Of a stretch of DNA of 64,000 nucleotides, positions 1-10,820 are shown one piece after another (within the stretch, counting starts at the first letter, position 1; every line of letters starts with the position of its first letter). The position numbers and the translations under genes were made by a program. The DNA comes from Candidatus Latescibacterota bacterium (GTDB lineage: Bacteria; Latescibacterota; UBA2968; UBA8231): the NCBI GenBank assembly GCA_965204725.1, contig OZ242005.1:3520001-3584000 (forward strand), read 5' to 3'. Under the pieces are notes generated by a model. It was not told where the DNA came from. It did no database searches and saw only the letters and a program-made list of their open reading frames with translations.

Positions 1-615
1 CGCGCCCAGTTTATAGGGCTGGAAATGGGCGACCCCTTGGTCGCGGTGGAGCCCGACAGCATCGCGGAAAAACAGGGGGAGTTGGTCATCTATTTTCCGT
101 CCAACCGCATCGTGGCCGCAGACAATAGGCCGCTGCGGCTGCTATTCAAAACGGGCGTCTTCAGTTTTAATGCCCTGTTTGAGGGCGAGGTGTTTGTCGT
201 GGGGGGGGAAGGACAGCCCCAATCCATCGATCCCGGCGACGCCAACGCGGCCGTATCGACCAATTCCATCGAGGTGCTGGCGCGGAGCGAGGAGTTGGAT
301 GTGCTGAGCGCATTAGACGTAAGAGCAACCGTAGTGACCCCGAATGGCGACGGGCGCAACGACACGCTTGAACTGGCCTATTCCCTGCTCGGCGTCCAAG
401 CCAGCCAAGTGGTCTTTGCAATCTACGATTTGCGCGGGCGCAAAGTGCATGCGCTAGCGGCCAATTCGAGAAGCGAAGGGCGTTACGTCGAAGAGTGGGA
501 TGGACGGGGAGCGGGGACGGGGCGCGTGGCACCGGGCTTGTACCTCGCCCGACTTTCCGTCGCGACGGATGCGGGCGACTTCACGCGCACGCGCATTATT
601 GCGGTGGCCTACTAA
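1..615 (+). CDS. Secreted protein with C-terminal FlgD-Ig/CHU_C-like domain (5' partial)
   Basis: C-terminal TPNGDGRND...IYDLRGRKV...WDGR...PGLY...IAVAY; the frame is open from the window edge, so the true start is probably upstream. Confidence 0.75.
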   Translation, partial: RAQFIGLEMGDPLVAVEPDSIAEKQGELVIYFPSNRIVAADNRPLRLLFKTGVFSFNALFEGEVFVVGGEGQPQSIDPGDANAAVSTNSIEVLARSEELDVLSALDVRATVVTPNGDGRNDTLELAYSLLGVQASQVVFAIYDLRGRKVHALAANSRSEGRYVEEWDGRGAGTGRVAPGLYLARLSVATDAGDFTRTRIIAVAY

Positions 616-633
616 CGCTTTCGAGGATGTACC

Positions 634-2946
634 ATGAGAACACGCGCTGCGACTCGCCTTTTGTTCGTCGCCACCCTGTGGGCAGCAGGAGCCTATGCCG
701 ACGAACTGCGCCTGAGTAGCCCAGCGGACTGGCAGACGTGGGCTATTCCCAAGGGCACGCTAGAAATTGCCGACGACGGCAGCATTCGCCTAGCGTGGAT
801 GCGCCGCAATATAAACGCCGTGGCCGATGCCGCAGCGTTTTCCCATAGCGAGGGCAAGAAACAGGTTTTTGGCGGCATTCGCCAAGCCAACTCAAACCCC
901 CAAGACGCGGCCAACGTCATTGACCAAGACCCATCGACTTGGTGGCAGCCATCCGCCGACGATCCGCTCGAAGATTGGTGGATCGAAATCGACCTCGGTC
1001 GGCCGGTACTGGCGCGCAAGTTGCGCTTAGTCTTTCCCGACGAACTCAACGCCAAGCCCTTCCGCAATTTCACTGCTTACATAAGCAACGGAGTCGATAC
1101 GCGCTTTGGCGTAACCTACAATCCGGTCGCTGTCACTACAAAACCCAATGTGGAGCGCGTTTTCGAGGTCGATCTAAAGCGAATTGAGTTCGGTCAGGCC
1201 AGCGGCGAACACCTCATAGAGCAAGACACGCTAGATTTTGCCCTCGTTCAGCATGTGCGCCTAGTCCCCACGGAAAAGAATCCGGGCGCGGCGCTGGCCG
1301 AGGTCGAAGTGGATGCACTCGGCGATAATCTCGCCATCGGCACGGTGGAACGGGGCGGGTCGGCGCGAGCGGGGCGGAGCGAAGACAAGATCGGCATGAT
1401 CTTCGACGGGGATGTCAATACCAACTGGCGGGTTGCGGTCGGCGGCGATCAGGCCAAGGTGGGCAATCTCAGGACCTACGTCGAAGACGGCGATTGGTTT
1501 GAATGGGACTTGGGCGCCACCTTCTGGGTGGACCACCTTTCTCATCTGGACCTGACGGTTGAAGAGGGGTCTCGCGGCAGCACCTCCAACGGCGCCAAGC
1601 TATTTATCCTCACCACCTCCGACGGCACGCCGGCCAGCGGCCTGACTAGCGACCGCATCCGCAGCAATTTCGACTACCAAGAACTCAGCGACGTATTCAA
1701 CGACATACTGCCCTTCCAACAGTCGTATCACTTTGCATTCCCGCTGCGGAAAATCCGCTACATCTTCTACCACCGCAGCGGCATTCCGGCTCGCCTACAG
1801 ATCCGCCAGTCGGTTTTTGAATACATCCTCCACGGCGAAGGGCACGTGGCAGCGACGGAAATGGTGTCGGACTTCATCGACTTAGGAGCCATGAAGAGCG
1901 TGAGCGAGTTGTCGTGGGACGCCGATTTACCCGCCGGTACGCAGATCGAAATTCGCTCGCAGACGGGCAATACCTTTGAACTGCAAAAGAGGTACTACCA
2001 CAAAAACGGCACGGAACTGGATTCGGCCCGCTTTGGCAAGCTGCCCAAGAGCGTGCGCGGGCGCATCGACATCCTCAAGCTCAAAGGGCCGGATTGGAGC
2101 GGCTGGAGCCAGCCCTACGATTTTCCCGCGGAGGCATTCCTCTCGCCGACGCCCAGACAATTTCTGCAACTACAGGTTCGACTGGCCAACGACGATCCCC
2201 AGCTAACGCCGGTCCTGCGCTCCCTGACGCTAAAATTCGACGACCCGCTCGTCAGCGGTGGCATTGCTGCCCGCATATTGCCGCGCGAGGTCGGGCTAGA
2301 TTCGCTACAGCGCTTTACGTATTTGCTGCAACCGACCTTTGAGCGCAACGACCAAGGCTTTGACGAGGTTTTTATTCAAGTGCCGGGCGCGGTGCAAGAG
2401 GTCGGCGTCCGAGTCGGCGGACAGCGGGTGCAGCCGAGGGACGTTGAGCTGGCGGACGGGCTGCTAAGGGTCGGGCTGCCGGAGCGGGTGCGGGAGGATT
2501 CGGTGGAAGTGCTGTTTACCGCGCAGGTAACGACCAATGCCACTCTCTTTGAGGCCTGGGCCGGGGACAGCCAGCAGAATGTGCGCCAAGGCGTCGAACC
2601 CTTAGAGCCGCGTTCCATGATCGTTTTTGTGCCCGAGGTGGCCGGTGGAGTTTTGCTGCGCCACGTGCAAGTGACTCCGATTGTTACGCCCAACGGCGAT
2701 GGCGTAAACGACGAAGCGCGCATCAACTTCATCGTGGTCCAAGTTGAGGGCAATCCCAACGTAGATATCTACGACCTAACCGGATCGCACCTGCGGACGC
2801 TCGACTTAGGCGACACGGGTTTCGCGTGGGATGGCCGGGACGATGCGGGAGCGGTTTTGCCACCCGGGGTGTATGTCTGCCGCATCCAGATGGAAGCCGA
2901 CTCTGGAGACCAGTCGGTGTACCGCACCATTCGTTTGGCCTATTAA
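634..2946 (+). CDS. Secreted discoidin (F5/8C)-like plus FlgD-Ig/CHU_C-like domain protein
   Basis: Signal peptide (AYA|D); NVIDQDPSTWW...WIEIDLG and FDGDVNTNW...FEWDLG motifs; C-terminal TPNGDGVND...WDGRD...PGVY...IRLAY. Confidence 0.75.
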   Translation: MRTRAATRLLFVATLWAAGAYADELRLSSPADWQTWAIPKGTLEIADDGSIRLAWMRRNINAVADAAAFSHSEGKKQVFGGIRQANSNPQDAANVIDQDPSTWWQPSADDPLEDWWIEIDLGRPVLARKLRLVFPDELNAKPFRNFTAYISNGVDTRFGVTYNPVAVTTKPNVERVFEVDLKRIEFGQASGEHLIEQDTLDFALVQHVRLVPTEKNPGAALAEVEVDALGDNLAIGTVERGGSARAGRSEDKIGMIFDGDVNTNWRVAVGGDQAKVGNLRTYVEDGDWFEWDLGATFWVDHLSHLDLTVEEGSRGSTSNGAKLFILTTSDGTPASGLTSDRIRSNFDYQELSDVFNDILPFQQSYHFAFPLRKIRYIFYHRSGIPARLQIRQSVFEYILHGEGHVAATEMVSDFIDLGAMKSVSELSWDADLPAGTQIEIRSQTGNTFELQKRYYHKNGTELDSARFGKLPKSVRGRIDILKLKGPDWSGWSQPYDFPAEAFLSPTPRQFLQLQVRLANDDPQLTPVLRSLTLKFDDPLVSGGIAARILPREVGLDSLQRFTYLLQPTFERNDQGFDEVFIQVPGAVQEVGVRVGGQRVQPRDVELADGLLRVGLPERVREDSVEVLFTAQVTTNATLFEAWAGDSQQNVRQGVEPLEPRSMIVFVPEVAGGVLLRHVQVTPIVTPNGDGVNDEARINFIVVQVEGNPNVDIYDLTGSHLRTLDLGDTGFAWDGRDDAGAVLPPGVYVCRIQMEADSGDQSVYRTIRLAY

Positions 2947-2987
2947 AACAGTACGTGTTGCACAGCGGTAAAAAAGGGAGGGAACAA

Positions 2988-5642
2988 ATGGGCCGGAAGT
3001 TTTTCGGTGCTCTGCTAACGGGTTGCCTTTTGGCAGGTGGCGCGTTAGCCGAAGGCCTGCAATCGGGCTTTCTCAACCCCTATGTAACCAGTGGGGTGCG
3101 GATATCGCCCCAGACCATCGCGCCGACTATGCGGAAATGGTATCTGCCCCAGACGCTCTACGACATCTACGGATGGAAAAACTGGGAGTACACCAACTAC
3201 GCCAAAGATCGCTACGAGCGCTATACCGACATCGTGCTGCAAGGCCAACGATTTTACGATATCTACGGCAATTACATCACGCGCGGCTGGAGGATCTACG
3301 AGTGGGCGCAGCAGCACCCCACGGAAACGGGCAGTGCAATCGATAAGTCTGTGGAGTTCAACAACTGGTTCAACAACCTCGTCATTTCAACGGCGTCGCA
3401 GGGCCAATACCACATGGCGTTGACCGTGGGCGAGCAGCTAAGGACCACCCTGACGCCAATGACCTTTTCCAAACCGCTGTTCAACGGCTTGCAGTGGGAT
3501 TTCCTCTCCGATAAATACGCCCTGACGCTACTCGCCTCGCGCACGGACAACCCCGCTCTGGCCGCCACGGCGACCAACCGCGACCAAGGGGCTACGGTGC
3601 GGACGATCTTCACCAATCTGCTCGGCCTGCGCGGCACGGCCCAGATCGGCGATTTTATCAGGCTGGGCACCACTTACGTCAACGCGGGCCACTGGAACAG
3701 CTCGGAGAGCTTTGGCAACAACTCGCTCAAGGGCACACTCGGCGGCAACCTACAGGCGGGCAACGTGCAGCGCCTCCTAGTGCGTCTGTCCGACGATTCG
3801 CCCGAGGATGGCGAAGGAGGGGCGTTGCTCTTTTTGCACCGCGTGTACATAAATGGCGTGGAGCATCCCGAAATTTCCGACCGGGCACTCGTTGATGGCG
3901 GCGTCCGGCGGCAGGGACGCTGGGAGGCCAGCGGTGGCAACAACATCATCATTACCTACGACATCGAGCGCGACTTCACGCCCATTCCCGGCGAAGACGA
4001 GATCATCGACTTCAAGGAAATCAAAAAGATCGAGATCGAATTGGTCTTAGCCAACGACTACGCCGTTGAAGTCACTTCCAATATGCAGGTCAACAACACG
4101 GGCGAGCCCGTATTTTTGCCTGTCACCCGCGCCGCGAAAAACATCAAGGACGGCTCCAACCAGCGCGTGGTGCGCTTTAGCTACGGCTTGCCAACGGCCA
4201 ACGAAGTCGCCGGTCTCACCATGGAAATCGACGACCTCTTAGGCGGGTTTAACTTGCGCGCCGAATACAACATTAACCGCAAGTACCGCCGCTTCCCCAA
4301 CCAGAACTTCACCTACAATCAGGCGTTGGGGAAAGAGAGTGCCGAGGGCTACTATGCAACGGCGTCGCACAATAGGTATCCGTGGTTCGCCTATGGCGAA
4401 ATTTTTAGCATGGACCCAGGCTACCAAACATTTATGTTCGTACCCGACAGCAACGGGCGCATCAACTACGAAAGTGCCGTAAACAACGTCTATGAATTCG
4501 TAGATGACAACGACGACCAAGACCGCTTCCCCGACTGGCGTCGGCGTACCTTTAGCAGTTCCTCGTCGGAGCGTTTGCTGATCCAGCGGGCTGACGTGGC
4601 GGTCTTTCCCGGCTACGACGAGAACAACGACTTGGTGTCGGATTTCAACCAGAACGACAACGGCATGCCGGACTATCTAGAGCCTTTTGTGCGCTACGAT
4701 GTCGATCCACTGGAGTTTCTCTACGGCACGGACATGAACAACAACACCGTGATCGACCGCTTTGAGAACGACGAGGAAGCGGACTACCCGTATCCGCGCG
4801 ACCACCGCGGTTACAACTTCTACGGTGGTGCCGAACTCAAGCCGGGCAGCCGCATAATGGTCGGTCGCATGCGCGAGTGGCTGCTGAGCAGCAATCGCCG
4901 CAGCAAGTCGCTCTACGGTCTGTTGACCCTGACTCACGAGATGCCTCGGCACGGTTTGCAGGTCCAGCTCTACAACGGCCTTCGCCGGGTTGAGGATAAC
5001 ATCCCCGAAAACGTCATTTTGTGGGTGCAGAGTCCGCGCACGCGGGGCGATATGCGCCCCTTTGTCGATCCCCTGATTGCGCAAAACGCGCTGGTCAACA
5101 CCACCTTTCTGAGTGCGCAGACGCGCAAATACGCCCCGCTCAATCTGGAAACCAAGCTGAAGTACGAGATCTATCACCAGCGCGGCGACCAGCCGTCAGC
5201 AAACCGGCAGGACGAGGAGCTCCTCGCGCTGATCACCAAGGCGGACCTGCCCATTCCGTTGGGTAAACACGTGCTGTGGCCCAAGTGGAAACAGCTCTAC
5301 AAGCGGCGCTCGCCCACCGACAAAAGCGAGTTGGAGAACAACGAGCTAGCGGAAATTTTCTTCTTCGTATGGCAGCAGGAGCTGCTCAGCACAATGCGCT
5401 TAGAATCCGGCATCGAGTACGAGATTTTCAGGAACATGGTCCCGCGCACCGATCCACTGCCCGCCGGCTATGTAGATGATTTTGAACAGTTCGTGATTGC
5501 GGCCCAGCTATCCAATCGCTCGGACTATCTGGGCTATCGCCTGACGACCAACATCGGCGGGCGCTGGGAGCGGCGCGATTTCCGCGACGAGACGACGACG
5601 GATCTGGTGCTTTTTCTGAGCATGTTTGCCGGCTTGCAATAG
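2988..5642 (+). CDS. Large exported hypothetical protein, probable outer-membrane beta-barrel with Ca-binding repeats
   Basis: ATG at 2988 after GGGAGGGA RBS; signal peptide (ALA|E); DDNDDQD, DENNDLVSD and DMNNNTVID motifs; amphipathic strands ending FLSMFAGLQ. Confidence 0.6.
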   Translation: MGRKFFGALLTGCLLAGGALAEGLQSGFLNPYVTSGVRISPQTIAPTMRKWYLPQTLYDIYGWKNWEYTNYAKDRYERYTDIVLQGQRFYDIYGNYITRGWRIYEWAQQHPTETGSAIDKSVEFNNWFNNLVISTASQGQYHMALTVGEQLRTTLTPMTFSKPLFNGLQWDFLSDKYALTLLASRTDNPALAATATNRDQGATVRTIFTNLLGLRGTAQIGDFIRLGTTYVNAGHWNSSESFGNNSLKGTLGGNLQAGNVQRLLVRLSDDSPEDGEGGALLFLHRVYINGVEHPEISDRALVDGGVRRQGRWEASGGNNIIITYDIERDFTPIPGEDEIIDFKEIKKIEIELVLANDYAVEVTSNMQVNNTGEPVFLPVTRAAKNIKDGSNQRVVRFSYGLPTANEVAGLTMEIDDLLGGFNLRAEYNINRKYRRFPNQNFTYNQALGKESAEGYYATASHNRYPWFAYGEIFSMDPGYQTFMFVPDSNGRINYESAVNNVYEFVDDNDDQDRFPDWRRRTFSSSSSERLLIQRADVAVFPGYDENNDLVSDFNQNDNGMPDYLEPFVRYDVDPLEFLYGTDMNNNTVIDRFENDEEADYPYPRDHRGYNFYGGAELKPGSRIMVGRMREWLLSSNRRSKSLYGLLTLTHEMPRHGLQVQLYNGLRRVEDNIPENVILWVQSPRTRGDMRPFVDPLIAQNALVNTTFLSAQTRKYAPLNLETKLKYEIYHQRGDQPSANRQDEELLALITKADLPIPLGKHVLWPKWKQLYKRRSPTDKSELENNELAEIFFFVWQQELLSTMRLESGIEYEIFRNMVPRTDPLPAGYVDDFEQFVIAAQLSNRSDYLGYRLTTNIGGRWERRDFRDETTTDLVLFLSMFAGLQ

Positions 5643-5677
5643 CCCCAGACAAAATTGGCAACCCAGCGGCCAATTGA

Positions 5678-7456
5678 ATGAAATCCCACCGACCGCATCC
5701 TTCCCGCGATATATGCTCTTTCTCGCGGCCCATCGTTGCGGTTTTCTTTAGCTGGGGTATGGCACTGATCGCGGGGTGCTCAAGTGAAACGCCCACTCCA
5801 GCACCAGAAGCCACTGCGTCCAAGCCCAAATTGGCTGGCAGCACCCGGCCGAAATTCGTCGATGCCACGGCCGCGGCCGGCATCCATTTTACTCATCTGA
5901 ACGGCGGGAGCGGTCGTTTCTACTACGTGGAGACCTATGGCTCGGGGGCGGCTTTTATCGACTACGACAGCGATGGCGACGAAGACCTATACTTGGTCAA
6001 TGGGGCCATGTTGCCGGGTTTTTTGGAGCGGCGCGTACCGAAAAACGCCCTGTATCGAAACAGGGGCGATGGGAAATTCGAGGAAGTGGACGCCGGGGTC
6101 GGCGATGAAGGGTATGGCATGGGGGTCTGCGCGGGAGATTACGACAACGACGGTCACGTGGATCTCTACGTCACGAACTTTGGCACCAATGTGCTGTATC
6201 GCAACGGCAGCGGCGGTTCGTATGTCGATGCGACCGAGGCCGCTGGCGTCGGCGACGAGCGCTTGAGCACGAGCGCGGCCTTTGCCGACATCGACAACGA
6301 CGGCGACCTCGACCTATACGTGGCCAACAATACCGATTTTACCCTTGAAAACCACAAAGAGTGCCGGCACGGTTCTATACGAGTCTATTGCGGCCCCGGT
6401 CAGTACCAGGGCGCGTCGGGGATTATGTACCGCAATGAAGGCAATGGAACGTTTGCCGACGCAACCGAAGAAATGGGCGTTTACAACGACCGCGGTCGTC
6501 AACTCGGCGTGGTATTTGGCGATTACGACGAAGACGGCGATGCCGATCTGTTTGTCGCCAACGATATGACTCCGAACTTCCTCTTTCGCAACGAGGGGGG
6601 GACGCGATTTTCCAATGTTGGGCTGGAGGCCGGCGTCGCCTTCAGCCCAGACGGCAAACCCGAGGCCGGCATGGGCACAGACTTTGGCGACTACGACCGG
6701 GACGGACTCCTCGACATCGTCGTCTGCAACTTCCAGTGGGAGCACTGTCGCGTGTTAAAAAACGAGCGGGGTGGCGTATTTAAGGACCAGATACACGAGT
6801 CCAAACTAGCCGAACCGACCTTCTCGACCTTGACCTTTGGCACGGACTTTTTCGATTACGACAACGACGGAGACCTCGACCTGTTCCTAGCCAACGGACA
6901 CGTCGAACCGAATATAGAAATTATCGACCGCGCCGGGCCTTCCTACGCACAGCGGGATCAGCTATTCCACAACGACAACGACGGCACGTTCACCGACGTC
7001 AGCGCCGACTCGCCCGGACTAGCCGCGGCCGCGGTCGGGCGCGGATCAACCACCGCCGACTACGACAACGACGGCGACCTCGACCTGTTCGTAGCCAACA
7101 ACAACCAGCGCGGACTGCTGCTGCGCAACGACGGCGGCAACCGCCACCACTGGCTGTCCGTACGCACCGTGGGCTCCCGCAGCAACCGCGACGGCATCGG
7201 CGCACGTATCCGGGTGGTCGCTGGCGACCTGCACCAAATCGAAGAAGTGCGGTCGGGCAGTTCGTATCTGTCGCAGAACGCGCTGCGGGTACACTTTGGC
7301 TTGGGGATGCACACGCGGGTGGATCGGCTGGAGATCCGCTGGCCGAGCGGGATAACGCAGGTGTTGGAGGACGTGGCCGTCGATCAATTCCTCACCATCC
7401 GAGAGCCAGCGGGCCAGCAATCCGCGCAAGGGCAAGGCCAGCGTGACGAGATTTAA
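5678..7456 (+). CDS. CRTAC1-family protein (FG-GAP/VCBS repeats plus ASPIC/UnbV domain), probable lipoprotein
   Basis: Repeated DYDNDGDLDL motifs; C-terminal GSSYLSQN...HFGLG...IRWPSG; lipobox-like IAGC. Confidence 0.9.
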   Translation: MKSHRPHPSRDICSFSRPIVAVFFSWGMALIAGCSSETPTPAPEATASKPKLAGSTRPKFVDATAAAGIHFTHLNGGSGRFYYVETYGSGAAFIDYDSDGDEDLYLVNGAMLPGFLERRVPKNALYRNRGDGKFEEVDAGVGDEGYGMGVCAGDYDNDGHVDLYVTNFGTNVLYRNGSGGSYVDATEAAGVGDERLSTSAAFADIDNDGDLDLYVANNTDFTLENHKECRHGSIRVYCGPGQYQGASGIMYRNEGNGTFADATEEMGVYNDRGRQLGVVFGDYDEDGDADLFVANDMTPNFLFRNEGGTRFSNVGLEAGVAFSPDGKPEAGMGTDFGDYDRDGLLDIVVCNFQWEHCRVLKNERGGVFKDQIHESKLAEPTFSTLTFGTDFFDYDNDGDLDLFLANGHVEPNIEIIDRAGPSYAQRDQLFHNDNDGTFTDVSADSPGLAAAAVGRGSTTADYDNDGDLDLFVANNNQRGLLLRNDGGNRHHWLSVRTVGSRSNRDGIGARIRVVAGDLHQIEEVRSGSSYLSQNALRVHFGLGMHTRVDRLEIRWPSGITQVLEDVAVDQFLTIREPAGQQSAQGQGQRDEI

Positions 7457-9002
7457 CGGGGGGCTATGGCTGGTATGGCTGGTGTGGATAACGGCTGTTG
7501 GCTGCGGTGGCGCGGTAGAAGAGGCTCCTGAAGACCCGCGGGCGATAGAACTGAGTTATTTGGATCGCATCCGCGCCGATTCCAGCGACGTAGTAGCACA
7601 CTACGAACTAGGGACGTTCTATGTACAACACGCCGTGTATGGGGAGGCACTGAAACATTTCAGCGAGACCTTCCGCATCGACTCGTCGCACGTAGGGGCA
7701 TTGCTGGGGGCCGGAGAAGTCCTGACCCGGCAGGGCGAATTGAAACGGGCGTTGGCCGTATATCGCAAGGCCATTGCGCTCGCGCCCGACAGCGCAGCGG
7801 CCTATCGCCAGCTCGGCCAACTCTACTTGCGCACAGACGACGATGCCAAGGCGCGGGCGACGTTTGCAAAGGCGTTGCAATTGGCTCCCAATCACGCTCC
7901 AGACCACTACAACCTAGGCGTGGCGCATGCCCGAGATCACGACTACGAGACCGCCGCCCAGCATCTACGGCGAGCACTAAAAATAGACCCGGAGTACGCG
8001 TTGGTTTACTACAGTCTGGGAGAGATGTACTGCGCCAAGATGGGGCAATGCGAACGCGCCGTGGACTTGGCGAGCAAAGCCGTCAAAATAGAGCCTCGGC
8101 GCACCCGCTACCGCACGGCGTTAGGGCACATCTACATGCGGTTGAATCGCCATGCAGAAGCGGAGGCCGCCTTTCGCGCGGCCATTGAGCGCGATTCGGC
8201 TTACGTAGAGGCACTAAATGGGCTGGGGATGGTGCTCGCCCGCCAAGGCAAGGAGGCCGAAGCAGCCGCGGTACTCGAGCAAAGCATCGCTCTGGACCCG
8301 GCTTATCCAGCCGCGCACTTGGCCCTGTCCAAAGTGTACATGAAGCAGGGAAAGGCCGAGGAAGGGCAGCGGCAGATCGAGATGTTCAAGCGCCTTGATC
8401 CGCATTTCGATGCCATTCGCGATCAGCGTTTGCGCCTCAAAGGCCATGCCGACGATGCCGTAGCCCGCTACAACTTGGGAGCGATCTACGCGAAGCTCGG
8501 TTTTGCCGAAATAGCGGCTCGCGAGTACAAAGCCTCGCTCAAGATTAATCCCGCCCAGATACAGGCTTGGCAGAATTTGGGCACGGCCTATATGCGGCTG
8601 GAGCGGGTTGACGATGCCATCACAGCCTATCGCCAAGCCCTGACCTTAGACGAGGACTATGCGCTGGCGTGGTTTAATCTCGGCAACGCCTATTTGATGA
8701 AAGACTATCCAGTGCAGGCGCGCTCGGCCTATGAGCGCGCTTTGGCGATAAAGGCTCACTACATCGACGCGATAAACGGCCTCGGTAATGCCAAACTGCG
8801 CGAGGGCCATGCCCGGGAGGCCATCGACGATTTTAAGGCGGTTTTGCGGGCCGATTCCACCTATGTCGGTGCCCATTATGGTTTGGCCGTGGCCTACCGA
8901 GAAGTAGGAGATTCACTTGCGGCTCAGCAGCAGATACGCCTCTTTGCGCGCAAGCAAAAAGAATTACAAAGCAGACGCGCCGACCACCGCTGGGACAAGT
9001 AA
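7443..9002 (+). CDS. Tetratricopeptide-repeat lipoprotein
   Basis: Many TPR units (AHYELG, HYNLG, ALNGLG, AWQNLG); AVGC lipobox; overlaps the upstream gene. Confidence 0.9.
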   Translation: MTRFNGGLWLVWLVWITAVGCGGAVEEAPEDPRAIELSYLDRIRADSSDVVAHYELGTFYVQHAVYGEALKHFSETFRIDSSHVGALLGAGEVLTRQGELKRALAVYRKAIALAPDSAAAYRQLGQLYLRTDDDAKARATFAKALQLAPNHAPDHYNLGVAHARDHDYETAAQHLRRALKIDPEYALVYYSLGEMYCAKMGQCERAVDLASKAVKIEPRRTRYRTALGHIYMRLNRHAEAEAAFRAAIERDSAYVEALNGLGMVLARQGKEAEAAAVLEQSIALDPAYPAAHLALSKVYMKQGKAEEGQRQIEMFKRLDPHFDAIRDQRLRLKGHADDAVARYNLGAIYAKLGFAEIAAREYKASLKINPAQIQAWQNLGTAYMRLERVDDAITAYRQALTLDEDYALAWFNLGNAYLMKDYPVQARSAYERALAIKAHYIDAINGLGNAKLREGHAREAIDDFKAVLRADSTYVGAHYGLAVAYREVGDSLAAQQQIRLFARKQKELQSRRADHRWDK

Positions 9003-9022
9003 CCACTAAGAAAGGATAAACG

Positions 9023-9940
9023 ATGGCGCGATTTGACGACATGAAGGGGGTCTTCGGCTTGCTGCCGACTCCGTACCGGGAAGACCTCGAGATTCACATC
9101 GACGACCTGAAGAAGGTCGCCAACTTCTGCTGCGAAAGCGGCCAGCACGGCATCGTCTGGCCGGTGATGGTCGGGGAGTTTTGGTTTTTGGGCGAGGAGG
9201 AGCGGATCCGAGGGCTGGACGCGGTGCTGGAGGAGGTCAACGGCCGCTTGCCCGTGGTCTTTGGCTGTTCTGGGCTGTCGGTGCCGCAGGTGCTGCTCTA
9301 TGCGCGGGCGGCGCGAAAAGCCGGGGCGGATTCGATTATCGCCATGACGCCGGCGCGCACCGACGCCGCCACGGCCATGGACCTGTACCGGCGCTTGGCT
9401 GGGGTGTTCGACGGGCCGATCATGGTGCAGAATGCCGACCTGTACGCGCCGTTGCGCGGCGAGCAGGTGGCGCAACTGGTCGACGAGATCCCGCAGATCG
9501 AATACGTCAAGGAGGAGCGGCAGCCCGGCCCTAAGCACATCGCCGAGGTGGCCGAGATGGTCGGCGACCGGGTCAAGTGCATCTTCGGCGGGGCGGCGGG
9601 CAAGTTTTTACCCGACGAGATGCGCCGCGGAGCCAATGGCAATATGCCCGCCTGCGAGCTGGCCGATGTACTGGCCAAGATCACCGAGTTGTGGTGGGCC
9701 GGGCAAGAGGAGGAGGCGCGTGCGATGCACCGCCGCTTGTTGCCGCTGATCGTGCTTGAGAATCACCCCTTTATGCGCTATATCCTCAAGTGCCGTGGGG
9801 TGTTCAGCACGCTGGTGGAACGAGCACCGGCAGGCAAGCTGGCACTGGACGAAGGCGACAAACGAGAGATCGCCACTCTACTGGAGACCGTCGCCGGGGA
9901 CATCGAGGCATTTCCGATAGTACCGGAGCATTCGCACTAG
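9023..9940 (+). CDS. Dihydrodipicolinate synthase (DapA/NAL) family lyase
   Basis: GVFGLLPTPY, GEFWFLGEEER, IMVQN and Schiff-base YVKEE motifs; RBS AAGGA. Confidence 0.85.
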   Translation: MARFDDMKGVFGLLPTPYREDLEIHIDDLKKVANFCCESGQHGIVWPVMVGEFWFLGEEERIRGLDAVLEEVNGRLPVVFGCSGLSVPQVLLYARAARKAGADSIIAMTPARTDAATAMDLYRRLAGVFDGPIMVQNADLYAPLRGEQVAQLVDEIPQIEYVKEERQPGPKHIAEVAEMVGDRVKCIFGGAAGKFLPDEMRRGANGNMPACELADVLAKITELWWAGQEEEARAMHRRLLPLIVLENHPFMRYILKCRGVFSTLVERAPAGKLALDEGDKREIATLLETVAGDIEAFPIVPEHSH

Positions 9941-9957
9941 GTCGTCGCTCGGCGGGA

Positions 9958-10820
9958 CTACGCCAACTCCGGGTACTGCGCCGCGTAGATCGTCAACTTC
10001 GTCGCCGCCCCGATCTGTTCTAGTTCCGGCCGCCGCCCCGACAAGCGCAAGCTGTCGCGGACCAAATTCAAAAACCCCTCGCCCCGCGCTTCGAGAAAAC
10101 TAGATCCCGTAATCGGGCTTTCGTAGTAGCGCATGAAGCCAGCGAGAAACTGATTCCGACGCGCCGGCTGACACCCAGCGTACAAATTTTCAATGGTCAA
10201 GGTGTTGTAGAGCGCTCCGGGATTTTGGAACTCGATGCGGTCGGGGAACATGCGAATGATGATCTGCGATCCGGCAACTCCGTAGTCCCGATGAATGACG
10301 GCGTTTACGACGGCCTCTTGGAGTGCAGTGTATATGTAGCTGGGATAATCCCGGCGACCGTCGCCGCTTTTCCGCGAAGCGATTGGCGTCAAAGGAGAGG
10401 CTTGGAAGTACGACACAATTTTGGCGATTTGCTCGGGTAACGGCCCGGTGATTTGCCGGCTATCCACGGTGTTGCCATCGGGAATGTCGTGGTGGTACAC
10501 CGCCAGATCGATGTACGCGCCGGCAATGTACTGCTCGGGCTGCCAGGCAAAGAGCAGGATGCCCAAATGCGTCGGCGTGGCCCCCAGTGCCGAGCTCACA
10601 GCCAGTTTATGCGCCACCAGCGTGGAAGCCCAGTCGGCTGGCGTGGACCAATCGGGGAAGCGCCGACTGAAGTACTGTTCGAGCCGGGTTTTGTCCAAGT
10701 CGTCGAGGCTGCTACCGACCATGGGTCGCTCCTCAAGCGGGCTAGCCAAGCGACGCTCCGTCAACATGCGGGCCAGCCGTTCGGCCGGGATCAACTGGCG
10801 GAGGAATCGCCCGTCGCTCG
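9958..10820 (-). pseudogene. 5'-truncated AlbA/RecG-C (HATPase_c_4) ATP-binding protein
   Basis: ALQEAVVNAVIHRDY, IRMFPDRIEFQNPG, RRNQFLA and EARGEG motifs; N-terminal AlbA_2 domain absent; the frame hits a stop just upstream of TSDGRFLR. Confidence 0.65.
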
